Source: a virus
Lineage: Duplodnaviria > Caudoviricetes
DNA: 43,986 nucleotides
Virus record (IMG/VR): IMGVR_UViG_3300036833_000061
Coordinates: 1 to 43,986 of that record
Strand: one strand, 5' to 3'
The position numbers and the translations under genes are program-made. This document shows, piece by piece, positions 43,481 through 43,986 of this stretch (the stretch's first letter is position 1; every line of letters begins with the position of its first letter). Below the pieces are notes generated by a model. The model ran no database searches and was not told the DNA's origin. It saw nothing but the letters and a program-made list of their open reading frames with translations.

Positions 43481-43950
43481 GACGCATGATTATAGCAGCG
43501 CTGTTGGTCACCACATGCGCCGGCCTGCTGGAGCGGGGCGCAAGCTCCGCCCCAGCTCCACAGTGGACGGCGCAAGCCGTCCGCACCCATGTCCCGCTGC
43601 GATGGGAGAACGGCGCCTATCTGGTCCCGGTCACCATCAATAACATGACCAGAGAGTTCATGCTCGACTCTGGCTCCGCCGATGTCAGTATCTCGATAGA
43701 GATGTTTCATAACTTCGCTCAATTGCCCGCGATCGAAACCAGTGGGCAGTATCTCACGTCGAGCGGCGAGGTTTACAGCAAGGGCCGGTTTCATGCCAGC
43801 GTGACGGTCGGGGGGATCACTTTCGACCGAGTAGCTATGTCGGTAGCTCCTGCCGGTGCCCCCATGCTGCTAGGTATGGCGTACCTGGGAAGACTCAAGT
43901 CGTGGTCTATCGACAACACCATGCTGCAATTAACTATGGAAAGGAGATAG
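43477..43950 (+). CDS. Secreted retropepsin-like (clan AA) aspartic protease
   Basis: Signal peptide; FMLDSGS catalytic motif and LLGMAYL. Confidence 0.88.
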   Translation: MRRMIIAALLVTTCAGLLERGASSAPAPQWTAQAVRTHVPLRWENGAYLVPVTINNMTREFMLDSGSADVSISIEMFHNFAQLPAIETSGQYLTSSGEVYSKGRFHASVTVGGITFDRVAMSVAPAGAPMLLGMAYLGRLKSWSIDNTMLQLTMERR

Positions 43951-43986
43951 ACCATGGATCGCTGGTACCCTCCGACACGTCTGGAG
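43860..43986. repeat. Terminal direct repeat copy 2 (identical to 1-127)
   Basis: Exact match. Confidence 0.95.

Overview
This window is an apparently complete ~43.86 kb dsDNA tailed-phage genome. Bases 1-127 are identical to 43860-43986, most likely a circular-assembly overlap. Gene content suggests a short-tailed, P22/podovirus-like phage; an alphaproteobacterial host is my inference from several protein families. There are three main blocks. (i) A rightward early block runs from ~39.99 kb across the junction to 1.8 kb: small ORFs, a Ycf46-type AAA+ ATPase with two partner genes, a secreted retropepsin-like protease and replication initiator/loader-like genes. (ii) A divergent switch at ~2.5 kb has an XRE HTH gene and a DUF1064 nuclease leftward, and an Ala-repeat protein, YqaJ exonuclease and Bet recombinase rightward. 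(iii) A long leftward late block from 38.7 to 5.7 kb holds a 2OG-Fe(II) oxygenase fusion, GH25 endolysin, many membrane proteins, TerL, portal, a beta-helix spike, scaffold, major capsid, adaptor, tail stabilisation protein, GNAT, four putative ejection proteins and a fibre. I recognised no integrase, DNA polymerase, tRNA, CRISPR array or clear small terminase. The most notable signals are non-coding or very small: a distant locus (~38.2 kb) shares a 15-bp promoter/operator with the 2.5 kb switch and would transcribe an RNA perfectly complementary to the RBS and start codon of the gene at 2538; a second anti-Shine-Dalgarno stem-loop RNA; a self-contained unit encoding an 11-aa Arg-rich peptide; and three cUACGg long hairpins punctuating the early operon. 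All family assignments are by eye from motifs and gene order; no database searches were run.
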